Source: a virus (taxonomy: Duplodnaviria; Caudoviricetes). Taken from it: a stretch of DNA of 64,000 nt. Positions 63,964 through 64,000 of the stretch are shown here, piece after piece. The DNA lies in the IMG/VR virus record IMGVR_UViG_3300023053_000008, positions 1 through 64,000 of that record. One strand, 5' to 3'. The notes under the pieces were generated by a model, which was given only the letters and a program-made list of their open reading frames with translations, did not search any database and was not told where the DNA came from. The position numbers and the translations under genes are program-made. Each line of letters begins with the position of its first letter. Within the stretch, counting starts at the first letter, position 1.

Positions 63964-64000
63964 ATAATCGAGCTTTACATCATATTGCATAAAGGAGAGA

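Noticed and set aside
1-64000. CRISPR array or mini-array
   Set aside because: No regularly spaced direct repeats seen; repeats found are promoter blocks, hairpins or paralog remnants
1-64000. Phage nucleus system (chimallin, PhuZ tubulin)
   Set aside because: No tubulin GGGTGSG motif or recognisable shell protein in this window; cannot be excluded elsewhere in the genome

Overview
A very AT-rich (roughly 27-30% GC by eye, not computed) 64-kb segment of a Bacillus-type jumbo myophage of the PBS1/AR9 (phiKZ-related) lineage. It carries T4-like morphogenesis genes: portal, tail tube, tail sheath, large terminase, major capsid, prohead protease and a probable neck protein. Replication and recombination genes include a family B DNA polymerase split into two genes about 14.5 kb apart, an SbcC/Rad50-like ATPase, a RecA-like recombinase, NAD-dependent ligase, HU and a YdbC/PC4-like protein. 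There is also a multi-domain endolysin. Six genes encode fragments of beta/beta'-type RNA polymerase subunits. Two recurring upstream motifs, AAATATATATTAT (early-type) and AACA-N6-TR (late-type), sort these six into a non-virion trio and a virion trio. One putative virion beta fragment is fused to a permuted papain-like (NlpC/P60) domain. The most unusual stretch is a 1.2-kb non-coding island (about 42540-43745). It holds three tRNA-shaped elements with aberrant anticodon arms, two of which can close on stable tetraloops, followed by about 600 nt of densely base-paired sequence. Other oddities are a stand-alone RNase M5-like Toprim protein, four tandem left-handed beta-helix paralogs, three related lipoproteins, a duplicated EDWDT-ending domain and an apparent frameshifted gene. 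All family assignments come from motif recognition by eye; no searches or folding programs were run.
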